Notes: generated from the sequence alone by a model not told the origin. Positions 49,899 to 63,700 are shown, counted from the stretch's first letter. The stretch: 64,000 bases of DNA from Macrostomum hystrix (GCA_950097015.1 CATNEN010000003.1:11532001-11596000); one strand, 5' to 3'. Numbers and translations: made by a program.

Positions 49899-52800
49899 AG
49901 AATTAAATAAATGGGATCATTTTATTATCGACTAACTTAAAGAAATTATATTTCCTTGCATCGCAAGTTTCTACTAATAGTAGTTTAAAACACGGTTGTA
50001 CATAGATTATTCAGTTTCACGCGTTTTTAATCATTCTAGCACTTTAAATCGTCTAAAACATAGAATCCGTCTAAACTTTCGCTGTTAAAGTAAAAAACCT
50101 TTTTATTTCACCTACACTACTTTGTAAGTAGTAAGCAGTTTTTTATTTCTACCTTACAGTTGTTTTTATCAGAGTGCTGTGCCTTATATGTTTTTATCTA
50201 CCTGTTCAACTTGTCTTGGTGCAGATTAGATCGAACATTATTTTCTTTTTTACGAAGTTTTTATCGTTTTTTCGATTCTCGCTTTGTTACGTTAGCTTTA
50301 ACAATAGACTTTTCGTACTCATCTACCTTTAATCGATTGTTTTCTGTGATAAACCTTCCAGGTTTGGAGTTAAAGATTTTCTAATGAAAATATTTTAATG
50401 ATACTCGTATATTTTATAAGCGTTAATTTAATAAGCGTACGGTTGCTGCTTGCTTGTAATCTCATAGAAGTTTTTTTCTTAAATACGGTTTTTAGTAGTT
50501 CTGCAAAGTCGCAATTTCTGGCGTATCTTTATGCCTGTATTTTTATGCTTGTATCTTTTGTAACTGTGCTGGGCTACTCTTTGTGTATCATTGTTGCCCT
50601 AATATGTTTGCTGCAGTCTGCGTGCTTGCATGTATTTGATGATTCTCACTTGTGGCGAAAAATTAAATTCTTTTTAGCGTCTTAAGTGCCGGCAATAGAG
50701 AACAGTTCTACTTGCGCGACGCCTTTTTGGTACTTAAAAACTGTACTCTTTTAAAAAAACATCTTACAGCTGTTGTCTGTAAAAAATACATTAATTTCTT
50801 ACATTGCAAAAAAAGACTTCGGGTATGTTCATTCTTTCTTAAAATTGTTCATTGCATTAAATTTCGCACAGTAAATACCCTGTGATCGATAAAATTAAAC
50901 TGAATTATAGAAGCTGCTGTTGTAGTGGTCACGCTGTTAAGACCATAGTTATTGTGGGTTAATAGGCAACTAAAGTGTAAATTTGCCGTGATGTAAAACT
51001 GAAGTATCTAAATTATAATAGAGCAGTAGATGTATTCGAGCGCGTCGTTGGCATTTAGTTATTTGTGTTTTGCATTTTCTGGCATTATTAAATTTGATAG
51101 GATGTGAAATTCTCGTGAAATTCGATTAATGTTAATTATATTAAACAAAAGTTACTTAAATGAACGTTCGAGGCTGCTGCTAAAATTTATTTCACTGTAT
51201 GATGACTTCTAACTACGGATTTATACTTAAAAATATCAATAAATATGACAAAAAAATGATTTACGAGCGCTTTGGAAAAATGAACTGATCAAGTGATTAA
51301 TATGGTTGCAAACACGGAAAAATACACATTTAAAGTTTATTTTTGCCATTTATATTGCATCAAATCCCTTTAACCCCTCTAGTAAAGGTAACATCAGCTG
51401 CACAATATTTTTTGCCAGCAGTTAATACGTAAACTATTAGTTTTGATGCACAAAAAGTACACATGTGCAAACGTATTATTTTCTTGGAATAAAGCCTTCC
51501 GTTTTTAGCCGAATGTACATCTGTTTGACGTTCCGGCAATTAGTATTAATCATTAAATGGGAGTTGACTGTCAATATGATATGGTATTGAGTATTGTATT
51601 GGGTCATCAGTAGCGTGTCATTAGTAATGCCTAGGTAAAGCATTATAGTGTTACGTTTTCACGTTACAATAAAAATGTTACTTTTTCTATTCAAACTTTA
51701 CAGCAAATTGCAGCATTTGCACTTATAACACAAAGCATTTTACGATTGAGCCTTTTGGCCAATGATTTTTGGCCAAGACTAATATTTCTAATATATGACG
51801 ATTTTTGTGTTATTTATACTGCATAAAATATAAATTGCTGCTTTAGCTTTTGTGCTAAGAAAAGAACTAAGCCTATTTTCTTTTCTCTTTTTTATATTTA
51901 ATCTAAATTTATTTTATTTTATAAATATATTTTATTAAAGTGACTTTATATTACAAATAAAGTAATGTGGCACACTTTTATGTAAAATCAAGATGAATCT
52001 ATGACTATATGTAAATTGAAATGAATTATATAGAAATTTATATACTTCACAAAAAATTATAATTTCTTCCTGCTCAATCTATTTTGTTTTTTTAACAATA
52101 TTACCTGAAGATACATGTTGGAGTATGAAACATTCATGAAACTTTTATGTTGATCTTTGAACTCATCTATTGTGAAATAAAAGCTTGAAAAATGTAATTA
52201 TAAATAAAGAGCCTTGAAATTAATTTATTTTAGTAGATAATTAGTATTAAGTAACTATGTTTTTTAAGTAAAATCTTAGGATGGAATTCTTGTTTAAATC
52301 ATTACTCAATCAATGCATTTAACAATGTGTGCCACAAAATTACATCAAATAGCTAAGCACAACTAGAGACCTAGAGACCTAAGTGCAGATAGAGGTCTAA
52401 GGTTATTGAGATAAACAGAATACAATAGCAAGGCCACATCATTTTATTTAAGGGTGAAGGGTTGAGGCTACAGAGAGAATGTTTGGACGCTTATCATGAA
52501 ATCTATGCCTTTAGGGGCTAGTTATCCAAGGCGCAATGAAAGTGATAACTGCCTTTGAGCACATAAATTGGGGCACATTCATATGCCTGGCACCTCTGTT
52601 TGTGTATACCTACAAACAGTAAATTTTTATATGCTTTGTAGGCAGCTGAATTGGTCAGTAAGTTATTAAAATACCAAAATATATTTTGACCTTTTTAGAT
52701 GACATTAGGGAACCAGAGGCAGAAAGCTTATGTTATGTAATACTCAAAACTATATAAATTTTAAAGTTTTTTCTTTTGAACTTGAATTTTTTATAATTAA

Positions 52801-53016
52801 TTGTACTTTTTAAGTCATAATTAGCTATGCTTATAATGTTGCTATATATCAAGTATATTTTTGGAGCCTAGACTTGTTACCCATTAGATTTTACCACTTT
52901 TATTTATTGAGCAGGACTTTTTTTGCTGTAAAGAAATGCAATGTTCAAAATATTTGGAAAAAACATATCAATATCAATAAAATTATGCCTAAGAATTCAA
53001 GTTGCTAGGGCTGCTC

Positions 53017-53266
53017 ATACATCCACAACACCCGGCAGACCCAGCTGAACTGGCCGGGTGAAATGAGGGCCAAGCAATGTAAGTCGCAAAAACCAATTTA
53101 ACCAAGCGCAAAAAAAATCAAAGGGGGGACCAAGGGACAAAAAAGAAGGCATGAAGAAAAAGAAAAAGGGGAGAGAAAAAGAGAGCAAATGAGAGCAAAC
53201 TAAGTAGTAAATGGAGCAAAAACTAAGTTGCACCGCCAGCTAAGATTTGGGAGGTTGCCCATGTAT
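53017..53266. mobile_element. 250-bp MITE-like insertion with a 10-bp target-site duplication
   Basis: AGGGCTGCTC is repeated directly at 53007-53016 and 53267-53276. The element starts ATACAT..CAAC and ends GTTG..ATGTAT. Confidence 0.6.
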
Positions 53267-53661
53267 AGGGCTGCTCATTAAAAATGTATGAATAACTTCT
53301 AGATCCTACCCTCTAATAAACACTTTCTTTAACCCTTTGAATCAACAGCAGCTCTTCTGTTGTTTTAGTAATTGTCAATTCAAAGTTAGCATTTTTAATA
53401 TTCTCTTTGGTGATGTTCTAAGCTTTATTATAAATTTAATTCAAATTGTAACACTAAAGCAAACTAAAACTATAGAGAACTGTTTAATTAATTCTAGGGG
53501 TTGTCACAATACATCAGTATATATATATATATATATATATCGAACCAATACAAACTTTTCAGTTACTCATCAAACTAAACTTTATGGTGAATGAATGGGA
53601 TTAAGTGCTCACTTGTATATAATCAATGCTAGTCAGTGACACCTATCTAGACTGAACAGCC

Positions 53662-53688
53662 ATGGTAAATGAGTTCTCACATGAGAAG
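53662..53688 (+). CDS. CAMSAP: CAMSAP/Patronin probable first coding exon (MVNEFSHEK)
   Basis: gccATGG start context and perfect AAG|gtaagt donor; phase 0 matches the next exon. Confidence 0.65.
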
Positions 53689-53769
53689 GTAAGTCTGCTC
53701 TTTAAATAATATGTTTCGATTTTTTAATAATATAAGCCTTATTTTATAAGTATGTTATGTAATGTTATT

Positions 53770-54130
53770 TGCCTCTTACTCCAAGGTGCCCCAAGTTTGG
53801 TTTCTTGGCTAGGCCACATTTGTTTCTGGCGCAGCTGTTGAGAGAAGGCTTGGGGGCTTGTCATGCAATTTATACCCCTAAGTGCCAACCTCGAAGGCAC
53901 AATCAGAGTTTACAGAGTCTGACAATGAAAAAGTCAGGGCAGATGTACTCATCTGTGTGAGCGTGTGCCTGTGTACGGAATATGTGTGCGTGTGTGCTCA
54001 GGAGTCAGCGAAATGAGCATTGTAACTGTGCTGGCAGTATTGCTTCCTCGCTTGCTGCAGGTCTAGTGTCATTAAATAATGTGCTATCGAGGGCCTGCAG
54101 CCCTCAAATAATCATTACTGTTATTATTAT
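53770..54130 (+). mobile_element. SINE family A, older diverged copy in CAMSAP intron 1
   Basis: Colinear similarity to the 9248, 38828 and 48862 copies (AGGCCACATTTG.., CTTGGGGGCTTGTCATGCAATTTA, GTGTGTGCTCAGGAGTCA); (TTA)n-like tail. Confidence 0.82.
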
Positions 54131-54227
54131 TCATATCGCACAAGAGCAAGTGTTCTGTACATTATCAGGACATGCTTTTAGTTGTTTATTTCTTAAGCAA
54201 GAGTTGCTTCTCATTGTCCAACCCCAG

Positions 54228-54545
54228 AGCAAGCTGTCAGCTTCCATCTCGTGGATCATATCCAAGGCGTTTCCGCCGCAGACGCCGAGACCAGACATTT
54301 ATAATCTGATATTCGACGCCAATACCGAGTGCCAGCTGACGCATCACGTGATTCGCGGCCTAACCTCTAACAATCTGTACAGCGCCGCTTGTAGTACACT
54401 GTTCCCGAATTCTCGCCAGGAGACCTGGACAGATCACGATTGTATTCTAAGAAATCTGCGTCGCCGGGGCATTCCCGTGCTAGACGAGAAGGGCTGCCAG
54501 ATTACACAGACTGTGCTGCAGCGCGATGAGGGTGGCAATCTTCAC
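54228..54545 (+). CDS. CAMSAP: CAMSAP/Patronin exon 2 (conserved N-terminal region)
   Basis: ccccag|AGC ... CAC|gtgagt. SKLSASISWIISKAF...LTSNNLYSAACS...H..ILRNLRRRGIPV resembles the CAMSAP N-terminus (AKI...L.W...KAY...LLS.ELY...C...H.SVIQAL.RKGI.V). Confidence 0.88.
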
Positions 54546-54699
54546 GTGAGTTTATTTATGCAGACTTCTTGGTTTAGCTCGCCCTTTTGTTATTAATATC
54601 CATAGTTTGAAATATAGAATATTAAAATACCGATTACACGATAATACTGAAAAGTCCTATAATCTTCGGTTTTTAAGATAAATCCTTTTTTTCAATTCA

Positions 54700-55385
54700 G
54701 GATAGAACTCCGAATTCCCTTTTATCTTATCCGGGATAGAAGTCTGAAATCCTTTTATCTTACCCGGGATAGAAGTCTAAAATCCCTTCTATCTTACCCG
54801 GGATAGAAGTCTAAAATCCCTTCTATCTTACCCGGGATAGAAGTCTAAAATCCCTTCTATCTTACCCGGGATAGAAGTCTAAAATCCCTTCTATCTTACC
54901 CGGGATAGAAGTCTAAAATCCCTTCTATCTTACCCGGGATAGAAGTCTAAAATCCCTTCTATCTTACCCGGGATAGAAGTCTAAAATCCCTTCTATCTTA
55001 CCCGGGATAGAAGTCTAAAATCCCTTCTATCTTACCCGGGATAGAAGTCTAAAATCCCTTCTATCTTACCTGGGATAGAAGTCTGAAATCCCTTTTATCT
55101 TACCCTGGATCGAAGTCTGAAATCCCCATTTTCTTATTCGGGATAGAAGTCCGAAATCCCTTTTATCTTACCTGGGATAGAAGTCCGAAATCCCTTTTAT
55201 CTTACCCTGGATCGAAGTCTGAAATCCCTATTTTCTTATTCGGGATAGAAGTCTGAAATCCTTTTATCTTACCTGGGATAGAAGTCTGAAATCCCTTTTA
55301 TCTTACCCTGGATCGAAGTCTGAAATCCCTATTTTCTTATTCTGGATAGAAGTCTGAAATCCCTATTATTTTATCCGGGTTAGAA
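54700..55385. repeat. 34-bp minisatellite (CTTACCCGGGATAGAAGTCTAAAATCCCTTCTAT)n in CAMSAP intron 2
   Basis: Direct periodicity, ~20 units; ATAGAAG/CTTCTAT inverted repeat. Confidence 0.95.
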
Positions 55386-56682
55386 TCTTAGACAAACGCA
55401 ATCATTTGTTTATGATTTATAAACATATATTCTGCTTAAGCTCTAAAACTATAAGTGGCATATTTGTTTATTTTTCCTCTTGAAAAATCAAAGACACTTA
55501 TTGACATTAACTTTGCTTGCTTTGCATGAATATGGTATTAACAAACTCAATCACTTTTCACTTTCTATAGTTGCTTACTCAAAGTAGAACAGTTCAAGAT
55601 TTTGTTTCTATAATAGTAAATTTGAATATTCGTTCTGCAGAACCGTGTTGCCTCCGGGCGTTCAATGTCGTTTGCATCGATAGTAGGTTTTTTGTTACAC
55701 GTTCTTACACACACACCTTAAAAAACCCTGGAATGGGGCTGTTTAACCTGGAAACATTTTAAACCTACTAACCCAACCCAACTTACTCTTTATCTGCAGT
55801 CGTAGTAATGGCTTTATAAGGTGAAATGCTTATTATCAGACAATTTACTGTTTTGAAAGTCCCATATAACGACACGCCACGATTTGTCAATCGAAGTCAC
55901 GTTTATGTTCAGATCGAACTACTAAAAGTAGAAATAAAAACATTTTATCACTTAACTTATTCGAAATATTAAAAATATCTATTTTAGCATCTGAAAAACT
56001 AGTCGGAAATTTGTGAGACGAAACGTATCACAAAATTAATTGTGAATACGATATAGTAAAAAACGACTGATCCCACCGTTTTGCAGCATCCGCACGCTCC
56101 CTCGCTAATGCGATGCGTACTACCCGGCGATGTGGCTAATCAATATCCGAGTTTTCCTTTTGTAAGCTCTTTAAAAAAGAAAATAAAACAAAAGCTAGCT
56201 ACTGGTTTAGTTAATTATGCTCGTTGTTTTTAATCAATATTATTAATAAACAATTTTACAGTTTGAATCTACCAATAGATTCCATTATTTATAGAGTTGC
56301 TGATTATGCATGCACTTATAAGTGACTAAAATTTCGAAAAAAATGATAAGCTTTTTTGATAATTTGTGATTTTTTTCTTCAATTTTGACGGTTTTACTAT
56401 CTTTACTGTTTTTGTGGTTGCGATGGAATTTGGGCTATGGGAGTATTATCCCATCAACCTCCTCCGGAGGAGTATTTACATTGTGTTACTATAAATGTCT
56501 AACTTATCTCACTGTTTTCTTATTATGTACTTCTAGAAATCTACACTTTTCTGAAGTCATGCTAACGGACTATTTACAAAAATCCTTTTGATCGTAAAGT
56601 CCCTATTGAGACTTTTCTGGAAAATCCTCATTTAACCGTTTTCTTTCTAAGAAACCAATCATTTCTAAGTCTTATTTTTTAA

Positions 56683-59600
56683 GAATCTCAGAATCTTCTA
56701 GACTGAGATCCCATTCTTAAAGAATCCCAGAATCTTCTAGTCTTAGATCCCATTCTTTAAGAATCCCAGAATCTTCTAGACTAAGATCCCATTCTTAAAG
56801 AATCCCAGAATCTTCTAGACTGAGATCCCATTCTTTAAGAATCCCAGAATCTTCTAGTCTTAGATCCCATTCTTTTAGAATCCCAGAATCTTCTAGACTG
56901 AGATCCCATTCTTAAAGAATCCCAGAATCTTCTAGTCTCAGATCCCATTCTTTAAGAATCCCAGGATGATCTAGTCTAAATTCCCATTCTTTTAGAATCC
57001 CAGAATCTTCTAGTCTGAGATCCCATTCTTTTAGAATCCCAGAATGATCTAGTCTAAAATCCCATTCTTTTAGAATCCCAGAATCTTCTAGTCGGAAATC
57101 CCATTCTTAAGGAATCCCAGAATCTTCTAGTCTGAGATCCCATTCTTTTAGAATCCCAGAATGATCTAGTCTAAAATCCCATTCTTTTAGAATCCCAGAA
57201 TCTTCTAGTCGGAAATCCCATTCTTAAGGAATCCCAGAATCTTCTAGTCTAAGATCCCATTCTTTAAGAATCCCAGAATCTTCTAGTCTTAGATCCCATT
57301 CTTTTAGAATCCCAGAATCTTCTAGACTGAGATCCCATTCTTAAAGAATCCCAGAATCTTCTAGTCTGAGATCCCATTCTTTAAGAATCCCAGGATGATC
57401 TAGTCTAAATTCCCATTCTTTTAGAATCCCAGAATCTTCTAGTCTGAGATCCCATTCTTTTAGAATCCCAGAATGATCTAGTCTAAAATCCCATTCTTTT
57501 AGAATCCCAGAATCTTCTAGTCGGAAATCCCATTCTTAAGGAATCCCAGAATCTTCTAGTCTGAGATCCCATTCTATAAGAATCCCAGAATCTTCTAGTC
57601 TAAGATCCAATTCTATAAGAATCCCAGAATCTTCTAGTCTGAGATCCCATTCTTTAAGAATCCCAGAATCTTCTAGTCTTAGATCCCATTCTTTTAGAAT
57701 CCCAGAATCTTCTAGACTGAGATCCCATTCTTAAAGAATCCCAGAATCTTCTAGTCTGAGATCCCATTCTTTAAGAATCCCAGGATGATCTAGTCTAAAT
57801 TCCCATTCTTTTAGAATCCCAGAATCTTCTAGTCTGAGATCCCATTCTTTTAGAATCCCAGAATGATCTAGTCTAAAATCCCATTCTTTTAGAATCCCAG
57901 AATCTTCTAGTCGGAAATCCCATTCTTAAGGAATCCCAGAATCTTCTAGTCTGAGATCCCATTCTTTTAGAATCCCAGAATGATCTAGTCTAAAATCCCA
58001 TTCTTTTAGAATCCCAGAATCTTCTAGTCGGAAATCCTATTCTTAAGGAATCCCAGAATCTTCTAGTCTAAGATCCCATTCTTTAAGAATCCCAGAATCT
58101 TCTAGTCTTAGATCCCATTCTTTTAGAATCCCAGAATCTTCTAGACTGAGATCCCATTCTTAAAGAATCCCAGAATCTTCTAGTCTGAGATCCCATTCTT
58201 TAAGAATCCCAGGATGATCTAGTCTAAATTCCCATTCTTTTAGAATCCCAGAATCTTCTAGTCTGAGATCCCATTCTTTTAGAATCCCAGAATGATCTAG
58301 TCTAAAATCCCATTCTTTTAGAATCCCAGAATCTTCTAGTCGGAAATCCCATTCTTAAGGAATCCCAGAATCTTCTAGTCTGAGATCCCATTCTATAAGA
58401 ATCCCAGAATCTTCTAGTCTGAGATCCCATTCTTTAAGAATCCCAGAATCTTCTAGTCTAAGATCCCATTCTTTAAGAATCCCAGAATCTTCTAGTCTTA
58501 GATCCCATTCTTTTAGAATCCCAGAATCTTCTAGACTGAGATCCCATTCTTAAAGAATCCCAGAATCTTCTAGTCTGAGATCCCATTCTTTAAGTATCCC
58601 AGGATGATCTAGTCTAAATTCCCATTCTTTTAGAATCCCAGAATCTTCTAGTCTGAGATCCCATTCTTTTAGAATCCCAGAATGATCTAGTCTAAAATCC
58701 CATTCTTTTAGAATCCCAGAATCTTCTAGTCGGAAATCCCATTCTTAAGGAATCCCAGAATCTTCTAGTCTGAGATCCCATTCTTTTAGAATCCCAGAAT
58801 GATCTAGTCTAAAATCCCATTCTTTTAGAATCCCAGAATCTTCTAGTCGGAAATCCCATTCTTAAGGAATCCCAGAATCTTCTAGTCTAAGATCCCATTC
58901 TTTAAGAATCCCAGAATCTTCTAGTCTAAGATCCCATTCTTTAAGAATCCCAGAATCTTCTAGTCTTAGATCCCATTCTTTTAGAATCCCAGAATCTTCT
59001 AGTCTTAGATCCCATTCTTTTAGAATCCCAGAATCTTCTAGACTGAGATCCCATTCTTAAAGAATCCCAGAATCTTCTAGTCTGAGATCCCATTCTTTAA
59101 GTATCCCAGGATGATCTAGTCTAAATTCCCATTCTTTTAGAATCCCAGAATCTTCTAGTCTGAGATCCCATTCTTTTAGAATCCCAGAATGATCTAGTCT
59201 AAAATCCCATTCTTTTAGAATCCCAGAATCTTCTAGTCGGAAATCCCATTCTTAAGGAATCCCAGAATCTTCTAGTCTGAGATCCCATTCTTTTAGAATC
59301 CCAGAATGATCTAGTCTAAAATCCCATTCTTTTAGAATCCCAGAATCTTCTATTCGGAAATCCCATTCTTAAGGAATCCCAGAATCTTCTAGTCTAAGAT
59401 CCCATTCTTTAAGAATCCCAGAATCTTCTAGTCTAAGATCCCATTCTTTAAGAATCCCAGAATCTTCTAGTCTAAGATCCCATTCTTTAAGAATCCCAGA
59501 ATCTTCTAGTCTAAGATCCCATTCTTTAAGAATCCCAGAATCTTCTAGTCTTAGATCCCATTCTTTTAGAATCCCAGAATCTTCTAGACTGAGATCCCAT

Positions 59601-60580
59601 TCTTAAAGAATCCCAGAATCTTCTAGTCTGAGATCCCATTCTTTAAGAATCCCAGGATGATCTAGTCTAAATTCCCATTCTTTTAGAATCCCAGAATCTT
59701 CTAGTCTGAGATCCCATTCTTTTAGAATCCCAGAATGATCTAGTCTAAAATCCCATTCTTTTAGAATCCCAGAATCTTCTAGTCGGAAATCCCATTCTTA
59801 AGGAATCCCAGAATCTTCTAGTCTGAGATCCCATTCTATAAGAATCCCAGAATCTTCTAGTCTAAGATCCAATTCTATAAGAATCCCAGAATCTTCTAGT
59901 CTGAGATCCCATTCTTTAAGAATCCCAGAATCTTCTAGTCTGAGATCCCATTCTTTAAGAATCCCAGAATCTTCTAGTCTGAGATCCCATTCTTTAAGAA
60001 TCCCAGAATCTTCTAGTCTGAGATTCCATTCTTTAAAAATCCCAGAATCTTCTAGTCTGAGATCCCATTCTTTAAGAATCCCAGAATCTTCTAGTCTAAG
60101 ATCCCATTCTTAATGAATCCCAGAATCTTCTAGTCTTAGATCCCATTCTATAAGAATACCAGAATCTTCTAGTCTAAGATCCCATTCTTTAAGAATCCCA
60201 GAATCTTCTAGTCTGAGATCCCATTCTTTAAGAATCCCAGAATCTTCTAGTCTGAGATTCCATTCTTTAAAAATCCCAGAATCTTCTAGTCTGAGATCCC
60301 ATTCTTAAGGAATCCCAGAATCTTCTAGTCTGAGATCCCATTCTTAAGGAATCCCAGAATCTTCTAGTCTAAGATCCCATTCTTTAAGAATCCCAGAATC
60401 TTCTAGTCTAAGATCCCATTCTTTAAGAATCCCAGAATCTTCTAGTCTGAGATTCCATTCTTAAGGAATCCCAGAATCTTCTAGTCTAAGATTCCATTCT
60501 TTAAGAATCCCAGAATCTTCTAGTGTAAGATCCCATTCTTTAAGAATCCCAAAATTCTCTAGTCTGAGATTCCATTCTTT
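56683..60580. repeat. 3.9-kb satellite of 39-bp monomers (GAATCCCAGAATCTTCTAGTCTGAGATCCCATTCTTTAA)n, ~100 units, with higher-order structure
   Basis: The variant AGGATGATCTAGTCTAAATTCCC recurs at 56963, 57392, 57782, 58211, 58601, 59108 and 59654. Confidence 0.97.
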
Positions 60581-60775
60581 AGGGATTCATTTTCAAATTT
60601 CATTTTTTTGTAAGTCACATTCTTTATTTTAATCGTCAAATATCTACTTAATAAATCTTTTATTTCTAAACTTTATCCGTAGAAGCGACTTTCTAAATGA
60701 TTCTATTCAGTTTGAGAATTTATCTTTCGATTCTGCAATAAACAAACAGATTTCCCTTTCTACAAATTCGCGCAG

Positions 60776-63136
60776 AAAGCCCACCTGGCCCTAATCGACG
60801 GTCTAATGATAGCCTACATAGAGGAGTGCGCCAACTCTCAGGAGATCGACGCCGCCATAGCCAGATTCTGTTCCCGTTCTACGCCGCCCCAGGTGCCGAA
60901 AGCCACACCGGAGGCGCTGGACCTGTGGATTATTGAGGCCAATGCGACCGCTTTGAAGAGTCTGCCCATACCGCCGGACCGCAGCCTAGACGCTTCATCG
61001 CGACTAGCGCTGCTAATCAATTTCTACGCTCCAGATCTATTGCCAGTGACCACAGTTGATTTGAATAGCAATCTGTCCTGGCAGAGAAAGGTTGATAATT
61101 GGAGTCGGGTTAGAGATTTCTGCGCTTCCTACCTGTCCGACAATCCGTTTGTAGCTCATCCGGCCGATGTTGTTCGCTCCGGTGATCGGTTAAGATTGAA
61201 TCTCACCTGTCTAACTGCTGAACTATTTCGTCATTTAGAATTGAGCGGAAAGTTTAAGCCGTCCTATCAGATTTATCGTACTTATCCAGCCCTGCAGCAG
61301 CAGCCACCGTCGCAAACACCAACGCCCACACCTAGAAGACAATCAATCAACAATATCGAACACAGAGCAAACGATTCTAATAGCGACAATGCCGAAGCTG
61401 TCGCCGCTTTAGTCGACCAAAATAATGCCAACGCCGCTGATGATGACGATGACGACGAAGAAGACTTTGCCACGCCGGAGAGCGAAGAGGCGCCGGGTAG
61501 TTTCTTAATGCAGCCGAATGCATCCGGCAAACAAATGGCAGATGATGAAGCTGAAGAAGAACTCGAAGCTGCTAGCCAGGCTAGCGAGGCTCGCAGCGAT
61601 GACTCGAAGACAACCTGGCTGGATTATGCCAGGAAAACTGCTCAGCGAAACACGGCCGGCGATTTAGCCGCCCGCGGAGTTTCTTCTAGACAGCAACAGC
61701 CGCAGCACCAGTCGCAGTCTTCTTCTAGCTCGCAGCAGCAGCAGCAGCAGCCGTCCTCAAATCTAGATTTGAAAATTCGTCTAGAAATGAAGAAGCGCCA
61801 AATTGAATTGGAGAAGCGCAAATTGGCTAGCCAAAGTAAGCGAGATCGCGAGGAGAAGGGCCGCGAGATTTTCATGCAGCTGGTTCAACGCCAGGCGGCT
61901 TCTACAGCTTCTAGCAACGCTGGCACTGCGACAACCTCCGGCGTGGCCACCGCTAGCAGCACCGGCGGCAGCGTCAGCGTTAGCGGCGCTAGCAGTGTCA
62001 AAGAAGTCGACATTGCTTATAGCGATAGGCTAGACATGCTCAATAACAGCCTGACTAACTTGCAGGACGAGATTAAAAGACTGTCTTTGCAGCAAGAACG
62101 CGTCGCTCGAGCTAGTCTTAACGCGCTACCGGAACAGCAGCAACAGCAGCAACAGCAGCAGCAGCAAACACATCAGAGAGCTAGAGCCACATGGAGACAG
62201 CAGCCGCAGTCGCAGACTTATCAAGACTCAAATCGATCACATTTGCCAAATCTGCAGCAGCAACAGCAGCAACAGCAACAGCGCCCTCGTCACCAAGCAA
62301 CAGCGCCACCATTGACCCTTCCATTACCGGCCCTTTCAACGTCAACAGATGTCGGAGGCGGCTTTCGCTTATCTCCAGTCGGCGACGTTGGTGGAGGTCC
62401 TTCCATCGTTCAGAATGCAGCTTCGTCTAGTAGAAAGCAAGTAGATGGGAATCAGCGTAAGCAGCAGCCACAGAAGTCGTCTCAATCCTCTGATTTGACA
62501 GCAGTATCATTGGCTAATAGTCACGGCACTGTGATACTTGATAGACCGTCGGAAATAGTTACTTTTAGTAGCAGCAAGCAGCTGCCAAAACAGCAGGAGC
62601 CGGTTGATCAGGAGCAGCAGCAAGGCTTCTTCCTAGCTGGCGAAGAACCAGCCGAAAAAGAGGATCTGCATAATGTTCGCATTAATAAGAATAATTTCTT
62701 CATCAGCTTTGAAGACGACGATGGCAATACAGTCGCCAGTGGTGGCTCCGGCTGCGGCGGCGGTGGCAATGGCGATGTCGCCAGCGCTGTCGCCAGTCCG
62801 CGTCGCGCCAAACGCAAGCCGCAATTGTCAAGCTCGTCACGTGTTTCCGCTTCTAAAAACAATGGCGCCACAGTGGCGGTGACGGCAGCTGCTGTCAATA
62901 CAGCCGCTGCTAACAGTTCCAGCACTAGTCGAGGTTCAGCTGATGCCTCAGCGTCATCCTCGGCCTCGTCACAGAAAGAGGCGGCCCCAGTGGCGACTTC
63001 AGCAGCCGTCTCATCTGTCGCCGCTGCAGCTGAGAATGATAGAACTCGCAAATCGCCTGTGCTGCAGAATACCGCATTCACCGTGATTGAGGATGCCAAG
63101 GAGGCTGAGCGGAATGCGAGAATTCAGGAGCTACAG
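60776..63136 (+). CDS. CAMSAP: CAMSAP/Patronin exon 3 (CH domain, coiled coils CC1/CC2, low-complexity linker)
   Basis: cgcag|AAA gives KAHLALIDGLMIAY; EALDLWI and LALLINFYAPDLL..L..NW..V..FC (CAMSAP CH); LKIRLEMKKRQIELEKRK...GREIFMQLV (CC1); LNNSLTNLQDEIKRLSLQQE (CC2). Donor CAG|gtctgt. Confidence 0.93.
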
Positions 63137-63195
63137 GTCTGTTGCTTTTGAAGACTTACATTGGTTTCTTAAAACAAGGCGGTCTCTTGCCATCC

Positions 63196-63700
63196 GTATC
63201 TAACAGTAAAACAACAAGGTTCCCACCTGTATCTAACAGCCCCACTTCACACCTGTATCTAACAGCTCCCCTTCACACCTGTATCTAACAGCTCCCCTTC
63301 ACACCTGTATCTAACAGATCCGCTTCACACCTGTATCTAACAGCCCCGCTTCACACCTGTATCTAACAGACCCGCTTCACACCTGTATCTAACAGCCCCG
63401 CTTCACACCTGTATCTAACAGCCCCGCTTCACACCTGTATCTAACAGCCCCGCTTCACACCTGTATCTAACAGACCCGCTTCACACCTGTATCTAACAGC
63501 CCCGCTTCACACCTGTATCTAACAGCCCCGCTTCACACCTGTATCTAATAGCCCCGCTTCACACCTGTATCTAACAGCCCCGCTTCACACCTGTATCTAA
63601 CAGACCCGCTTCACACCTGTATCTAACAGCCCTGCTTCCCACCTGTATCTAACAGCCCTGCTTCCCACCTGTATCTAACAGCCCTGCTTCCCACCTGTAT
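63196..63700. repeat. 26-bp minisatellite (CACACCTGTATCTAACAGCCCCGCTT)n filling CAMSAP intron 3 up to the acceptor
   Basis: Direct periodicity, ~18 units. Confidence 0.95.

Noticed and set aside
50160-50685. Hydrophobic short ORFs downstream of the receptor
   Set aside because: T-rich intergenic composition; no motifs or consistent splice structure.
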